DNA of 64,000 nucleotides. Origin: an uncultured Agathobaculum sp. (GTDB taxonomy: Bacteria; Bacillota; Clostridia; Oscillospirales; Butyricicoccaceae). This document shows, piece by piece, positions 21,639-32,295 of this stretch; the stretch's first letter is position 1; every line of letters starts with the position of its first letter. The stretch covers positions 33,189 through 97,188 of the forward strand of contig CALWUJ010000004.1 in assembly GCA_944384725.1 (NCBI GenBank). Direction: 5' to 3'. The translations under genes and the position numbers were made by a program. The notes under the pieces are model-generated. The model ran no database searches, had not been told where the DNA came from, and saw only the letters and a list, made by a program, of their open reading frames with translations.

Positions 21639-23741
21639 ATGCCTAGAGAATATTCCCTGGAAAGAACCAGAAATATCGGCATCATGGCGCACATCGACGC
21701 CGGTAAGACCACTACCACCGAGCGTATTCTGTATTACACCGGTGTAAATCACAAGATCGGCGATACCCACGACGGTACCGCCACCATGGACTGGATGGAG
21801 CAGGAGCAGGAGCGTGGTATTACCATCACCTCCGCTGCTACCACCTGTCACTGGTCGGGCTCCCAGCATCAGTTCCCGGAGCACCGTATCAACATCATCG
21901 ACACCCCGGGCCACGTTGACTTTACCGTAGAGGTAGAGCGTTCGCTGCGTGTACTGGACGGTTCTGTTACCGTATTCTGTGCAAAGGGTGGCGTTGAGCC
22001 GCAGTCTGAGACCGTTTGGCATCAGGCAGACAAGTATAAGGTTCCGCGTATGGCGTTCGTCAACAAGATGGACATCATGGGCGCAGACTTCTTCAATGTT
22101 GTCGGCATGATGAAGGATCGCCTCAAGTGTAATGCGGTTCCGGTTCAGCTGCCGATCGGTGTTGAGGATACCTTCAAGGGCATCATCGACCTGATCACCA
22201 TGCGTGCAGAGGTTTACTATGATGACCTCGGCAAGGATGTTCGTGATGAAGATATCCCGGCTGATATGATGGATCAGGCGAAGGAATATCACGACGCACT
22301 GTGGGAAGCAGTAGCAGAGCTGGATGAGGACCTCATGATGAAGTACCTCGAAGGCGAAGAGCTGACCATTCCGGAAGTGAAGGCTGCGATCCGCAAGGGT
22401 ACGATTGCCAACGAGATCGTTCCGGTTCTCTGCGGTACCGCTTACCGCAACAAGGGCGTACAGCCCCTGCTGGATGCGGTTATCGAGTATATGCCGGCTC
22501 CGACCGACATTGAGGACATCAAGGGTGTCAACCCGAAGACCGAGGAAGAAGATTCCCGTCCGTCTTCCGACGATGCTCCGTTCTCTGCACTCGCGTTTAA
22601 GATTGCAACTGACCCGTTTGTTGGTCGTTTGACTTTCTTCCGCGTTTATTCCGGTACCATCACCGCAGGTTCTTCGGTGCTCAATGCAACCAAGGATCAG
22701 CGTGAGCGTCTGGGCCGTATCCTTCAGATGCACGCAAACCATCGTCAGGATATCGATTGCGTATATTCCGGCGATATTGCTGCGGGCATCGGCTTTAAGA
22801 ACACCACCACGGGCGACACGCTCTGTGATGAAAAGCATCCGATCATCCTCGAGTCTATGGAGTTCCCGGATCCGGTTATCCGTGTTGCGATCGAGCCCAA
22901 GACCAAGGCTGGTCAGGAGAAGATGGGTATTGCGCTGGCAAAGCTGGCAGAAGAAGACCCGACCTTTAAGACCTACACCGATGAGGAAACTGGCCAGACC
23001 ATTATAGCTGGTATGGGCGAGCTGCATCTGGAAATCATCGTTGACCGTCTGCTGCGTGAATTCAAGGTAGAAGCCAACGTTGGTTCGCCTCAGGTTGCTT
23101 ATAAGGAGACCATCCGCCGTTCTGCTGATGTGGATCAGAAGTATGCACGTCAGTCCGGTGGTAAGGGTCAGTACGGCCATGTTAAGATCATTGTTGAGCC
23201 GAACGAGTCCGGCAAGGGCTATGAGTTCATCAACAAGATCGTTGGTGGTGCGATTCCGAAGGAATATATCGAGCCTGTTAATCAGGGTATTCAGGGTGCA
23301 ATGCAGGCTGGTATCCTGGCGGGTTATCCGGTTGTCGACGTAAAGGTTACGTTGTACGACGGTTCCTACCACGAAGTTGACTCCTCTGAAATGGCATTTA
23401 AGATCGCTGGTTCTATGGCGTTCAAGGAAGCTATGAAGAAGGCTGATCCGGTTCTGATGGAGCCGATCATGCAGGTCGACGTTATGGTTCCCGAGGATTA
23501 TATGGGCGACGTTATTGGTGACCTGAACTCCCGCCGTGGCCAGATTCAGGGTATGGAGCCGCGCGGCGGTGTGCAGGCGATTTCGGCTGCTGTTCCGCTG
23601 AGCGAGATGTTTGGTTACGCAACTGCGCTGCGCTCCCGCACGCAGGGCCGTGGCCAGTACACCATGCAGCCCAGCCACTACACCGAGGTGCCGAAGAGCA
23701 TTCAGGAGAAGATCATCGACGCCCGCAATAAAAACGACTAA
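21639..23741 (+). CDS. fusA: Elongation factor G
   Basis: [29 protein letters not shown]. Confidence 0.99.
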   Translation: MPREYSLERTRNIGIMAHIDAGKTTTTERILYYTGVNHKIGDTHDGTATMDWMEQEQERGITITSAATTCHWSGSQHQFPEHRINIIDTPGHVDFTVEVERSLRVLDGSVTVFCAKGGVEPQSETVWHQADKYKVPRMAFVNKMDIMGADFFNVVGMMKDRLKCNAVPVQLPIGVEDTFKGIIDLITMRAEVYYDDLGKDVRDEDIPADMMDQAKEYHDALWEAVAELDEDLMMKYLEGEELTIPEVKAAIRKGTIANEIVPVLCGTAYRNKGVQPLLDAVIEYMPAPTDIEDIKGVNPKTEEEDSRPSSDDAPFSALAFKIATDPFVGRLTFFRVYSGTITAGSSVLNATKDQRERLGRILQMHANHRQDIDCVYSGDIAAGIGFKNTTTGDTLCDEKHPIILESMEFPDPVIRVAIEPKTKAGQEKMGIALAKLAEEDPTFKTYTDEETGQTIIAGMGELHLEIIVDRLLREFKVEANVGSPQVAYKETIRRSADVDQKYARQSGGKGQYGHVKIIVEPNESGKGYEFINKIVGGAIPKEYIEPVNQGIQGAMQAGILAGYPVVDVKVTLYDGSYHEVDSSEMAFKIAGSMAFKEAMKKADPVLMEPIMQVDVMVPEDYMGDVIGDLNSRRGQIQGMEPRGGVQAISAAVPLSEMFGYATALRSRTQGRGQYTMQPSHYTEVPKSIQEKIIDARNKND

Positions 23742-23746
23742 AACTA

Positions 23747-23775
23747 TTGCATTTTTCTGTGAATTGCAGTAGAAT
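23747..23775 (+). promoter_or_regulatory. Internal sigmaA promoter for tuf
   Basis: TTGCAT-N17-TAGAAT in fusA-tuf spacer. Confidence 0.6.
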
Positions 23776-23821
23776 AAATTCACCATGACTTTGAATTTAA
23801 TTTACGAGGAGGATATCCACA

Positions 23822-25027
23822 ATGGCAAAGGAAAAATTTGACCGCTCCCTGCCGCACGTTAACATCGGTACCATCGGCCACGTTGACCACGGCAAGACCA
23901 CTCTGACCGCGGCGATCACCAAGGTTCTGGCTATGGAAGGCGAAGCTGAGTATCAGGCTTACGACTCCATCGACAAGGCGCCGGAGGAGAAGGAGCGCGG
24001 CATTACCATCAACACTGCGCACGTTGAGTACCACACCAAGAACCGTCACTATGCGCACGTTGACTGCCCGGGCCACGCTGACTACGTTAAGAACATGATC
24101 ACCGGTGCTGCTCAGATGGACGGCGCTATCCTGGTTGTTTCTTCCGCTGACGGTCCGATGCCCCAGACCCGTGAGCACATCCTGCTGGCTCGTCAGGTAG
24201 GCGTTCCGTATATCGTTGTATTCATGAACAAGGTTGACCAGGTTGACGACGCAGAGCTGCTCGATCTGGTTGAGATGGAAATCCGCGACCTGCTGTCCTC
24301 CTACGAGTTCCCGGGCGATGACATCCCGGTAATCCGTGGTTCTGCACTTCAGGTTCTGACCTGCGATTCCAACGATCCGAACGCTCCGGAGTATGCTTGC
24401 ATCCACGAGCTGATGGACGCTGTTGACTCCTATATCCCGACCCCGGACCGTGCTGCTGACAAGCCGTTCATCATGCCGGTTGAGGACGTATTCTCCATCA
24501 CCGGTCGTGGTACCGTTGCTACCGGCCGTGTTGAGCGTGGCCAGCTGAAGATGGGCGAAGAAGTTGAAATCGTTGGTCTGATGGACGCTCCGCGCAAGAC
24601 CGTTGTTACCGGTATCGAGATGTTCCGCAAGCTGCTGGACTACGCTGAGGCTGGCGACAACATCGGCGCTCTGCTCCGCGGCATCCAGAAGACTGAGATC
24701 GAGCGCGGCCAGGTTCTGGCTAAGCCGGGCTCCATCCATCCGCACACCAAGTTCCACGGTCAGGTTTACGTTCTGAAGAAGGAAGAGGGCGGCCGTCACA
24801 CTCCGTTCTTCAACAACTACCGTCCCCAGTTCTACTTCCGTACCACCGACGTTACCGGCGTTATCACTCTGCCGGAAGGCACTGAGATGTGCATGCCGGG
24901 CGACAACGTTGAGATGGACGTTGAGCTGATCACCCCGATCGCTATCGAGGAAGGCCTGCGTTTCGCTATCCGTGAGGGTGGCCGTACCGTAGGTTCCGGC
25001 GTTGTTACTAAGATCAACGCTGACTAA
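23822..25027 (+). CDS. tuf: Elongation factor Tu
   Basis: [25 protein letters not shown]. Confidence 0.99.
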   Translation: MAKEKFDRSLPHVNIGTIGHVDHGKTTLTAAITKVLAMEGEAEYQAYDSIDKAPEEKERGITINTAHVEYHTKNRHYAHVDCPGHADYVKNMITGAAQMDGAILVVSSADGPMPQTREHILLARQVGVPYIVVFMNKVDQVDDAELLDLVEMEIRDLLSSYEFPGDDIPVIRGSALQVLTCDSNDPNAPEYACIHELMDAVDSYIPTPDRAADKPFIMPVEDVFSITGRGTVATGRVERGQLKMGEEVEIVGLMDAPRKTVVTGIEMFRKLLDYAEAGDNIGALLRGIQKTEIERGQVLAKPGSIHPHTKFHGQVYVLKKEEGGRHTPFFNNYRPQFYFRTTDVTGVITLPEGTEMCMPGDNVEMDVELITPIAIEEGLRFAIREGGRTVGSGVVTKINAD

Positions 25028-25040
25028 TTCTTGATTTTTC

Positions 25041-25073
25041 AAAAAGCTCCCGTGCTTTGCATGGGAGCTTTTT
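25041..25073 (+). terminator. Terminator after tuf
   Basis: AAAAAGCTCCCGTGC/GCATGGGAGCTTTTT. Confidence 0.85.
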
Positions 25074-25126
25074 CCTGTGTAAATGCGTGTCTCATGCGGT
25101 AAACTACCGATGAGGAGGGATGCGCT

Positions 25127-25342
25127 ATCAATCAGGATAAGATCAAACAATATCAGATGGAAGCGGCACAAAAGCAGTTTGAGTGGTTGGCGTGCAGCAA
25201 GCCTGCTGCGGCAAATGATGATAACGATGCTGCCGAGGGAATTGCTTTGCCCCCGCATGAACGTGGTTGTGGCCATGCTCATCCCATGCGTGGAACAAAT
25301 AGTGAAGATTTGACCGAATGGTGCACGAAACACGAAACATGA
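25127..25342 (+). CDS. Small hydrophilic protein (71 aa), probable ATC start, putative forespore gene
   Basis: GAGGAGG 8 nt before in-frame ATC; sigmaF/G-like promoter at 25077-25106; own terminator at 25347-25382. Confidence 0.5.
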   Translation: MNQDKIKQYQMEAAQKQFEWLACSKPAAANDDNDAAEGIALPPHERGCGHAHPMRGTNSEDLTEWCTKHET

Positions 25343-25346
25343 AAGC

Positions 25347-25382
25347 AAAGCTGCCGGATATGGATTCCGGCAGCTTTACTTT
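25347..25382 (+). terminator. Terminator after small ORF
   Basis: AAAGCTGCCGGA/TCCGGCAGCTTT + ACTTT. Confidence 0.7.
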
Positions 25383-25482
25383 GGTTGGCATTTTACATTT
25401 ATTTTGTCTTGTGTTACAATAGAGCGAGTAATGGCACCACAAGATTGCTTGCTGCATAGCCTGAAAGCAGGAGGGGAGACTC

Positions 25483-25782
25483 ATGTCTGTTTTTTGGGAA
25501 GCAGTGTTGGCAATTTTTGCAGCCATTGGTTTGTATACGTGTTTGCATGTGGTTTATGAGCTGTGCTTTGCACGCATGCTGCGCATGCATGGTTCCGCAG
25601 AGCTGACCTTGTATGGCGATGGCAACGACGCGGCAAGCGAACAATTGATTCGGATTGCGTTGCGTGTGCGCAAGCAATATCTGCCCGGTCTTTCTATCAC
25701 GTTTGTTGAGATTGGCTGTGGCGGAGAGAATAATATTGCAAAGCATTTTGCATCCAGACAGGATATTATGTATTTGGAATAA
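25483..25782 (+). CDS. Hypothetical membrane-anchored protein (99 aa)
   Basis: GGAGG RBS, N-terminal hydrophobic helix; TTTACA-N17-TACAAT promoter at 25392-25420. Confidence 0.65.
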   Translation: MSVFWEAVLAIFAAIGLYTCLHVVYELCFARMLRMHGSAELTLYGDGNDAASEQLIRIALRVRKQYLPGLSITFVEIGCGGENNIAKHFASRQDIMYLE

Positions 25783-25797
25783 CAGAAAGAGGAACGG

Positions 25798-28038
25798 TTG
25801 CGCTTGGATGAGAAAGAGTATGTGCTGATTCGCGGCACAGTGGAGCAGATTGTATTTTACAATCAGGAAAACGGATATGCCGTTCTGCGGTTAAGTTCGG
25901 ATGAGGGTGCGGAGGTTACGGCAACCGGTACGTTTCCGAATATCGGTCTGGGAGAAGAAGTGATCCTGACCGGTACATGGGTGACGCATCCATCCTATGG
26001 CGAGCAGTTTGCAACCGAGGCATTTGAGCGCCGTTTGCCGTCTTCGGTACGTGGAATCGCAGAGTATTTGGGTTCCGGATTGATTCGTGGTATCGGTCCG
26101 CGGCTCGCTTCCCGTATCGCAGAAAAGTTCGGAGAGGACACTTTTGATGTGCTGTCCTATGAGCCGGAACGTTTGACTGCTATTCGTGGAATCACAGAAA
26201 AGAAGGCAAGGGAGATCGGACGGCAGTTTACCGAACAAAACGAGATGCGCCTGCTCATGGACTTTTTGGCGGAGCATCATTTGCCGGTCTCCCTGACGCC
26301 GCTTTTGTACAAACGCTTGCGGGATAGTGCAATTGATGCGCTGTGTGAAAATCCGTATTTGCTTTGCGATCCTTATTATGATGTGGACTTCAAGATCGCT
26401 GACGGATTGGCAATGGAATTGGGCCTTTCCCTGTTGTCGGATGAGCGTGCAGATGCGGGCGTGCTATACACGTTGGTGTTCAATCTGGATAATGGGCATA
26501 CCTTTATTCCCGTGGAAAAGCTGACAGCGGCTGTTTGTTCGCTGCTTTCTGACGAGGATGTGGTGTTTGATGAAGAACGGGCACTCGCTTCGATTGACCG
26601 TTTGCGCGAGCGTGGCCGCTTGGTTTGTGAGCATATTGCCGGACGGGACGCAGTTTATCTGCGCGATCTGCATGATGCCGAAGCATATCTGGCGGAAATG
26701 CTCGGCTATATGGCGGAACGAAATTATGAGTATGACTTTGATGTGGATGAATTGCTGAAAGCGCTGGTACTGGATAGTGAAGTGCCATATTCGGAAAAGC
26801 AGAAGCAGGCGATCACAATGGCGGCACGCAATGGATTGGTGATTCTGACAGGCGGGCCGGGTACCGGCAAAACAACAACGGTACATGGTATTTTGCAGGT
26901 GTTTGAAGCGTTGGGGCTGAATACGTTATTGGCTGCACCGACCGGACGTGCCGCAAAGCGGTTATCTGATTTGACGGGAATGGAAGCCAAAACCATTCAT
27001 CGTCTACTGGAAGCCGGTTTTGGTATGGGAGGACGTACTGCGTTTGCGCGAAATCTGACCAATCCTCTGGAGTGCGATGCGGTCATCTTGGATGAGGTTT
27101 CTATGGTGGATATCACGCTGATGCAGGCGCTGATTGAGGCGTTGCCGCACGGCGCGCGCTTGGTTTTGGTGGGGGATGCCGATCAGCTTCCGCCTGTGGG
27201 ACCGGGCAATTTTCTGCGGGATATCATCGGGTCGCATCGTGTGCCGACAATTCAGCTGACAGATATTTTCCGCCAGGCACAGCAGTCTGATATCGTTATG
27301 AATGCACACGCAGTCAATGAAGGGCATATGCCTGTGCCATCGAGGGCGGACGGTGATTTTTTCTTTTTGAAGCGTGCTGACCCGGCGGCGGTGATCGAGA
27401 CTGTGGCACAGCTTTGTGCATCGCGGCTGCCCAATCATTATGGGTTGCTGCCGTCTCAGATTCAAGTGCTTTCACCGGCCAGACGGCAGGGAAGCGGTAC
27501 CATTGCGCTGAATCGTCGACTGCAGGAGGCACTCAACCCTCCAGCGGAGGACAAGCTGGAAAAACGTTTTGGAGACTGGATTTTCCGCGAGGGAGATCGA
27601 GTGATGCAGGTCCGCAACAACTATGACATCATCTGGGAAAAACGTGAGAATGACGAGCAAGGCACAGGTATTTTCAATGGTGATGTAGGCGAGATCTTGC
27701 AGATATTTCCGCGGCAGGAATGCATGGTGATTCGTTTTGATGATCGGATTGCCACCTATACATACGATATGCTGGGCGAATTGGAGCTTGCTTATGCGGT
27801 AACGGTTCATAAATCGCAGGGAAGCGAATTCGATGCGGTTGTATTGGCACTATCTGATGCTTTACCGCGCCGGTTGCTGACACGAAATATCTTATATACG
27901 GCAATCACTCGAGCCAAGCAGCTGCTGGTGATGGTGGGAAGTCAGGATGTAGTGGCATATATGGTTGGAAACAACCAGAAAGGGCGTAGGTACAGTGCAC
28001 TCAAAGCACGCTTGCGTGAGGACACTCCAGCGGAATGA
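25798..28038 (+). CDS. recD2: ATP-dependent RecD2-like DNA helicase
   Basis: HhH (GIGP), GGPGTGKTT, APTGRAAKR, DEVSM, GDADQLP, TVHKSQGSE, LYTAITRA. Confidence 0.93.
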   Translation: MRLDEKEYVLIRGTVEQIVFYNQENGYAVLRLSSDEGAEVTATGTFPNIGLGEEVILTGTWVTHPSYGEQFATEAFERRLPSSVRGIAEYLGSGLIRGIGPRLASRIAEKFGEDTFDVLSYEPERLTAIRGITEKKAREIGRQFTEQNEMRLLMDFLAEHHLPVSLTPLLYKRLRDSAIDALCENPYLLCDPYYDVDFKIADGLAMELGLSLLSDERADAGVLYTLVFNLDNGHTFIPVEKLTAAVCSLLSDEDVVFDEERALASIDRLRERGRLVCEHIAGRDAVYLRDLHDAEAYLAEMLGYMAERNYEYDFDVDELLKALVLDSEVPYSEKQKQAITMAARNGLVILTGGPGTGKTTTVHGILQVFEALGLNTLLAAPTGRAAKRLSDLTGMEAKTIHRLLEAGFGMGGRTAFARNLTNPLECDAVILDEVSMVDITLMQALIEALPHGARLVLVGDADQLPPVGPGNFLRDIIGSHRVPTIQLTDIFRQAQQSDIVMNAHAVNEGHMPVPSRADGDFFFLKRADPAAVIETVAQLCASRLPNHYGLLPSQIQVLSPARRQGSGTIALNRRLQEALNPPAEDKLEKRFGDWIFREGDRVMQVRNNYDIIWEKRENDEQGTGIFNGDVGEILQIFPRQECMVIRFDDRIATYTYDMLGELELAYAVTVHKSQGSEFDAVVLALSDALPRRLLTRNILYTAITRAKQLLVMVGSQDVVAYMVGNNQKGRRYSALKARLREDTPAE

Positions 28039-28070
28039 GATGCAAAAATCATTTTACATGATAATAGAAA

Positions 28071-28100
28071 AAAACCAGCAACCAATTGGTTGCTGGTTTT
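28071..28100. terminator. Bidirectional terminator between recD2 and tRNA-Ser
   Basis: Perfect palindrome AAAACCAGCAACCAATTGGTTGCTGGTTTT. Confidence 0.8.
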
Positions 28101-28104
28101 ATTT

Positions 28105-28193
28105 TGGCGCAGCGGGTGGGATTCGAACCCACGTGCCGTTGCCGGCAAACTGATTTCGAGTCAGCCCCGTTATGACCACTTCGATACCGCTGC
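28105..28193 (-). tRNA. tRNA-Ser(CGA)
   Basis: GCAGCGG/CCGCTGC acceptor stem, G73 + encoded CCA, CTGAC-T-CGA-AATCAG anticodon arm, long variable arm, GGTTCGAATCC T-loop. Confidence 0.95.
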
Positions 28194-28320
28194 ATATTCT
28201 TGCCTGCTCTGCACAGTGCTTTGTTATTATATCATGATGGAATCAAAAAAACAAGCTTTTTTTGAAATTATATCCTGTAATGTTTATAAGATCAGTCGGT
28301 CAGCAGATTAGCGCGTTGAT

Positions 28321-28365
28321 AAAAGCAAAAGCAGCAGGCGGTTTTGCGCTGCTGCTTTTGTTTTG
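28321..28365 (-). terminator. Terminator after treC
   Basis: AAAAGCAGCAG/CTGCTGCTTTT inverted repeat. Confidence 0.7.
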
Positions 28366-28376
28366 GTATCAGATCG

Positions 28377-30029
28377 TTACCTTGCCGCGTGGTACAAGAC
28401 CAGAGATTCATAAGGACGCAGGTGCAGTTTTGTCTGCACAGAAGAATCCGCATAGTTGGAGAGCAGGCAGGTAAATCCATCAAGATTGATCGGACAGCTC
28501 CAATCAACTTCTGACCGATAGAAGTTGTTGATCACAACGAGCTGCTCGCCATGAAAGCGTCTGGTATATGCCAGAACAGACGGATGCGTTTCGTCCAGCG
28601 GTGCGAAGTCACCGTAGGCGATCACGTCATATTGCTTGCGAAGTGCAATCAGTTTCTGGTAGTGTGCAAAAACCGAATTTGGATCATCCACCTGTGCAGC
28701 GGCATTGATGCGCGTGTGGTTGGGGTTGACGCTCAGCCAAGGTTCAGCGGTGGTAAAACCACCGTTTTTGCTTGCATCCCACTGCATGGGAGTGCGGCTG
28801 TTGTCGCGGGAGTGGACGCGAAGAATATCATACACGCTGTCCTCATGCAGGCCGCGTGCGCGCAGGATGTGATAATGATTGATGCTCTCCACATCACGGT
28901 ATTGGTCGAGTGAAGTAAAGCCAGCATTGGTCATGCCAATCTCTTCGCCCTGATAGACATAGGGCGTGCCGCGCAGGCAGTGCACGACCGTGCCAAGCAT
29001 CTTGGCGGATTCTGCCCAGTATTCGCCCTCGTCACCAAAGCGAGAGACGACGCGCGGCTGATCGTGGTTGCACCAGAACACGGCATTCCAAGCGTTGTGG
29101 TCGCTCATGCCGGTCTGCCATGAGAACAGGATGTTCTTGAGTTTGCCAAAGTCGAACGGTACCAGTACCCACTTTTCATTGCCGACAAAGTCAACCTTGA
29201 GGTGGTGGAATGAGAACACCATGCTCAGCTCGCCCGTATCGGCACCCGCGTAGCGGTAGCAGTTTTCCATACTGGTGCTGGACATTTCTCCGACTGTGAT
29301 GATCTCAGCATCAGTGCCGAAAGTTGCAGCGCTCATCTCGTGCAGGAATTCATGAATACGCGGGCCGTCGGTGTAGAAACGGCGGCCGTCGCCTTCGTAG
29401 TCGGATTCGTAGGAGCCTTTGCTGATGAGGTTGACCACATCGAAGCGGAAGCCCTTGACACCTTTATCCATCCAGAAACGGATGACGTTTTGCAGTTCCT
29501 TGCGTACGCGCGGGTTCTCCCAATTGAGATCAGCCTGCGTCGGGTCAAACAGGTGCAGATACCATTTTCCCTTTTCCGGCACATACTGCCATGCACTGCC
29601 GCCGAATTTGCTTTCCCAGTTATTTGGGGGCGTGCCGTCTGCGCCACCCTCAGGCCAGATGTAGAAATCTTCATATTCCTTGTCACCTGCCATGGCTTTT
29701 TGAAACCATTCATGCTCGGTCGAGGTGTGGTTGAACACCATGTCGAGCATCAGGCGGATGCCGCGTTTTGCAGCTTCTTGGGAAAGTGTTTCAAAGTCGC
29801 CCATCGTGCCGAAGCGCGGGTCGACTGCACAGTAGTCGGCCACATCGTAGCCATTATCGCGCTGCGGAGAGGGGAAGAACGGGTTGAGCCAAATGTAATC
29901 CACACCCAGCTTCTGGAGGTAGTCAAGTTTTGCGGTTACACCGCCCAAATCACCCACGCCGTCACCGTCTGAGTCGAAAAAGGATTTAAAGTAACACTGA
30001 TAGACGACGCTTTTTCTAAAATCAAACAT
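28377..30029 (-). CDS. treC: Trehalose-6-phosphate hydrolase (GH13)
   Basis: DNGYD, FRFDVVNLISK, VGEMSST, NHDQPR, RDNSRTPMQW; downstream of trehalose PTS. Confidence 0.9.
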   Translation of the reverse strand: MFDFRKSVVYQCYFKSFFDSDGDGVGDLGGVTAKLDYLQKLGVDYIWLNPFFPSPQRDNGYDVADYCAVDPRFGTMGDFETLSQEAAKRGIRLMLDMVFNHTSTEHEWFQKAMAGDKEYEDFYIWPEGGADGTPPNNWESKFGGSAWQYVPEKGKWYLHLFDPTQADLNWENPRVRKELQNVIRFWMDKGVKGFRFDVVNLISKGSYESDYEGDGRRFYTDGPRIHEFLHEMSAATFGTDAEIITVGEMSSTSMENCYRYAGADTGELSMVFSFHHLKVDFVGNEKWVLVPFDFGKLKNILFSWQTGMSDHNAWNAVFWCNHDQPRVVSRFGDEGEYWAESAKMLGTVVHCLRGTPYVYQGEEIGMTNAGFTSLDQYRDVESINHYHILRARGLHEDSVYDILRVHSRDNSRTPMQWDASKNGGFTTAEPWLSVNPNHTRINAAAQVDDPNSVFAHYQKLIALRKQYDVIAYGDFAPLDETHPSVLAYTRRFHGEQLVVINNFYRSEVDWSCPINLDGFTCLLSNYADSSVQTKLHLRPYESLVLYHAAR

Positions 30030-30048
30030 ATGCGTTTTTCCTCCTGTT

Positions 30049-31995
30049 TCAGGCGAGTTCAGCGGCAACCGTCTCGCCGTGCTTGGTCTCAATACCCGTG
30101 TGGAACGTCATCTTATTGTGACCAGCCGGCTCGGTAACGATGAATATGGTGGTTTTCGGGTGACCTGCTGCTGCAATCTTATCGGGGGAGAAAGAGATCA
30201 GCTTATCGCCTGCCTTGACGGTGTCGCCCTCGTGAACGAACAGGGTAAAACCGTCGCCCTTCATGTCCACGGTATCTACGCCAATGTGGATGAGAAGTTC
30301 GGTGCCGTCAGCCAGCTGGAGACCGCAGGCATGGCGGCTGTCCTCCATGACAACCGAAACCTTGGCGTCTGCCGGTGCGTAGATGGTGTCGTTCGTCGGT
30401 TCGAAGGCCATGCCTTCGCCCATGATGCCCTTGGAGAATACGTCGTCCGGCACTTCGGACAGCGGCAGGGTGCGGCCGTCGCAGATCGCTTTGAGCATGA
30501 TGGTTGTTGCCGGGGCTTCGACAGCGGCCGGAGTGGTGATGTCAGAAGCTACTGCCGGAGTCGGCTCCATGATGCGGTCCTCCTTGGACAGCTTGACACG
30601 GCCCACAATAAAGGTCAGCACGAACGGCACAACGATCGCAGTCGCCATTGCCAGCAGGAAATTGATCCAATATTCAGGGAAGATAGACAGGATACCCGGC
30701 AGGCCGCCAACACCGATGCTCATGGCGGTAACGCCTGTGCCGATCGAGATCATAGCCGCACAGGCAGAGCCAATCATGCCGCAAATCAGGGGGAAACCAT
30801 ATTTCAGGTTGACACCGAACAGTGCCGGTTCTGTAACGCCCAGATAGCAGGAGATGCATGCCGGAATAATAACCTGCTGCGCACGCTCATTGCGCTTTTG
30901 CAGAACGGACATAGCAAGTACTGCCGAGCCTTGTGCAATGTTGGACAGCGCAATCATCGGCCAGAGGTTGGTACCGCCGTAGGTGTTGACCAGTTGGGAG
31001 TCAATGGCGTTGGTCATGTGGTGCAAGCCGGTCATAACAACAGGCGCATAGAGCAGACCGAACAGTGCAGCAAAGATCAGCTTGAAGTTGGAAGCAAGAC
31101 CCATGTTGACGATGTTTGCGATGAAGTCACCGATTTTCCAGCCGATCGGGCCGACAATCGTGTGCGCAATCAGTACAGAAGGAACCAGTGCACAAAACGG
31201 CACAACGACCATGCTGATCACTTCAGGACAGATTTTTTTGAAGAACTTTTCTAAGTAAACCAGCACAAAGCCTGCCAGAATAGCAGCAACGACTTGACCT
31301 TGATAGCCGATCATTTGTACCTGCGCAAAACCGAAGTCCCAAACCGGAATGTCGGCAGGCGCAGTGGTTGCAACAGAAAATGCGTTGAGCAGCTGCGGGG
31401 AGATGAGTGTCAGGCCGAGCACAATGCCAAGGATCTGTGTCGTACCCATTTTTTTGGTGATCGACCAAGTGATGCCAACCGGCAGGAAGTGAAAAATTGC
31501 TTCGCCAATCAGCCACAGAAAGTTATACAGTCCGGCCCAGAACTGGGAAACATCGGTTAGCGATTGGGTACCGCCGTTGAGCAGATCGACTTCACCGATC
31601 AGGTTGCGGAAGCCAAGGACAAGACCGCCGCAGATGAGCGCCGGGATGATCGGAGCGAAGATTTCACCCAGCGCGCCCATGATACGCTGAAGGGGGTTCT
31701 GGTTGGTTTTTGCTGCATTTTTGACGGCGTCCTTGCTTACCCCTTCAATGCCGGCAAATTTGGTGAATTCCTGATAGAAGTTGGCAACATCATTGCCGAT
31801 GATGACCTGATACTGACCGGCCTGTGTGAATGTGCCTTTCACGCTGGGGATGGCTTCGATTGCTTTTTCATCTGCCTTTTTCGGATCGACCAGTACAAAA
31901 CGCATACGCGTCATACAGTGTGAAACTGCTTGAATGTTCTTTTTTCCGCCGATCTTATCGAGCAGCGTCTGGACGTCCTGCTGGTATTTTCCCAT
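30049..31995 (-). CDS. treP: PTS trehalose-specific EIIBCA
   Basis: HCMTRMRF EIIB Cys motif, GLHH / GVTEPA EIIC motifs, LIHIGVDTV EIIA; flanked by treC and treR. Confidence 0.9.
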   Translation of the reverse strand: MGKYQQDVQTLLDKIGGKKNIQAVSHCMTRMRFVLVDPKKADEKAIEAIPSVKGTFTQAGQYQVIIGNDVANFYQEFTKFAGIEGVSKDAVKNAAKTNQNPLQRIMGALGEIFAPIIPALICGGLVLGFRNLIGEVDLLNGGTQSLTDVSQFWAGLYNFLWLIGEAIFHFLPVGITWSITKKMGTTQILGIVLGLTLISPQLLNAFSVATTAPADIPVWDFGFAQVQMIGYQGQVVAAILAGFVLVYLEKFFKKICPEVISMVVVPFCALVPSVLIAHTIVGPIGWKIGDFIANIVNMGLASNFKLIFAALFGLLYAPVVMTGLHHMTNAIDSQLVNTYGGTNLWPMIALSNIAQGSAVLAMSVLQKRNERAQQVIIPACISCYLGVTEPALFGVNLKYGFPLICGMIGSACAAMISIGTGVTAMSIGVGGLPGILSIFPEYWINFLLAMATAIVVPFVLTFIVGRVKLSKEDRIMEPTPAVASDITTPAAVEAPATTIMLKAICDGRTLPLSEVPDDVFSKGIMGEGMAFEPTNDTIYAPADAKVSVVMEDSRHACGLQLADGTELLIHIGVDTVDMKGDGFTLFVHEGDTVKAGDKLISFSPDKIAAAGHPKTTIFIVTEPAGHNKMTFHTGIETKHGETVAAELA

Positions 31996-32025
31996 TGATC
32001 TTCCTCCTGTATTTTATGTCCTTTT

Positions 32026-32043
32026 AACTTGTTCAAACAAGTT
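32026..32043. promoter_or_regulatory. Putative TreR operator
   Basis: Inverted repeat AACTTGT-TCAA-ACAAGTT upstream of treP, similar to TreR TTGT-N4-ACAA-type sites. Confidence 0.65.
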
Positions 32044-32295
32044 TGTTTCTTGATGATAGGATACCGCTTTGTGTATAGGAAAACAAGTCTATTATTTAAC
32101 AAAAAAATCAAAAAAATTTTATGGTTTATGACGATAAGAATGGATAAAATGACAGTTAGCTGCAACTTGTTTCGTGCAAAAAGCTAAGATATTTTGCAAT
32201 AGAGCAGTATTTTGAAATTTTTCGTCACAAGGTTTTACAAGTGCAGTCTATGTGATATAATAATTAAATCATTTTATGCTGCAAAGAGGTGCACC

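Noticed and set aside
25083-25313. Alternative 76-aa ORF and the 6-codon ATG ORF at 25120
   Set aside because: The first starts inside the promoter with no RBS; the second is only 1 nt from the SD sequence
12685-25348. Very long antisense ORFs over rpoB, rpoC, fusA, tuf (similar ones over argJB and thrS)
   Set aside because: They lie codon-in-register opposite highly biased genes, which depletes reverse-strand stops; no RBS or recognisable domains
28105-28193. tRNA-Ser as a genomic-island attachment site
   Set aside because: Its 3' end faces recD2 across a plain terminator; no integrase or duplicated 3' end seen in the window
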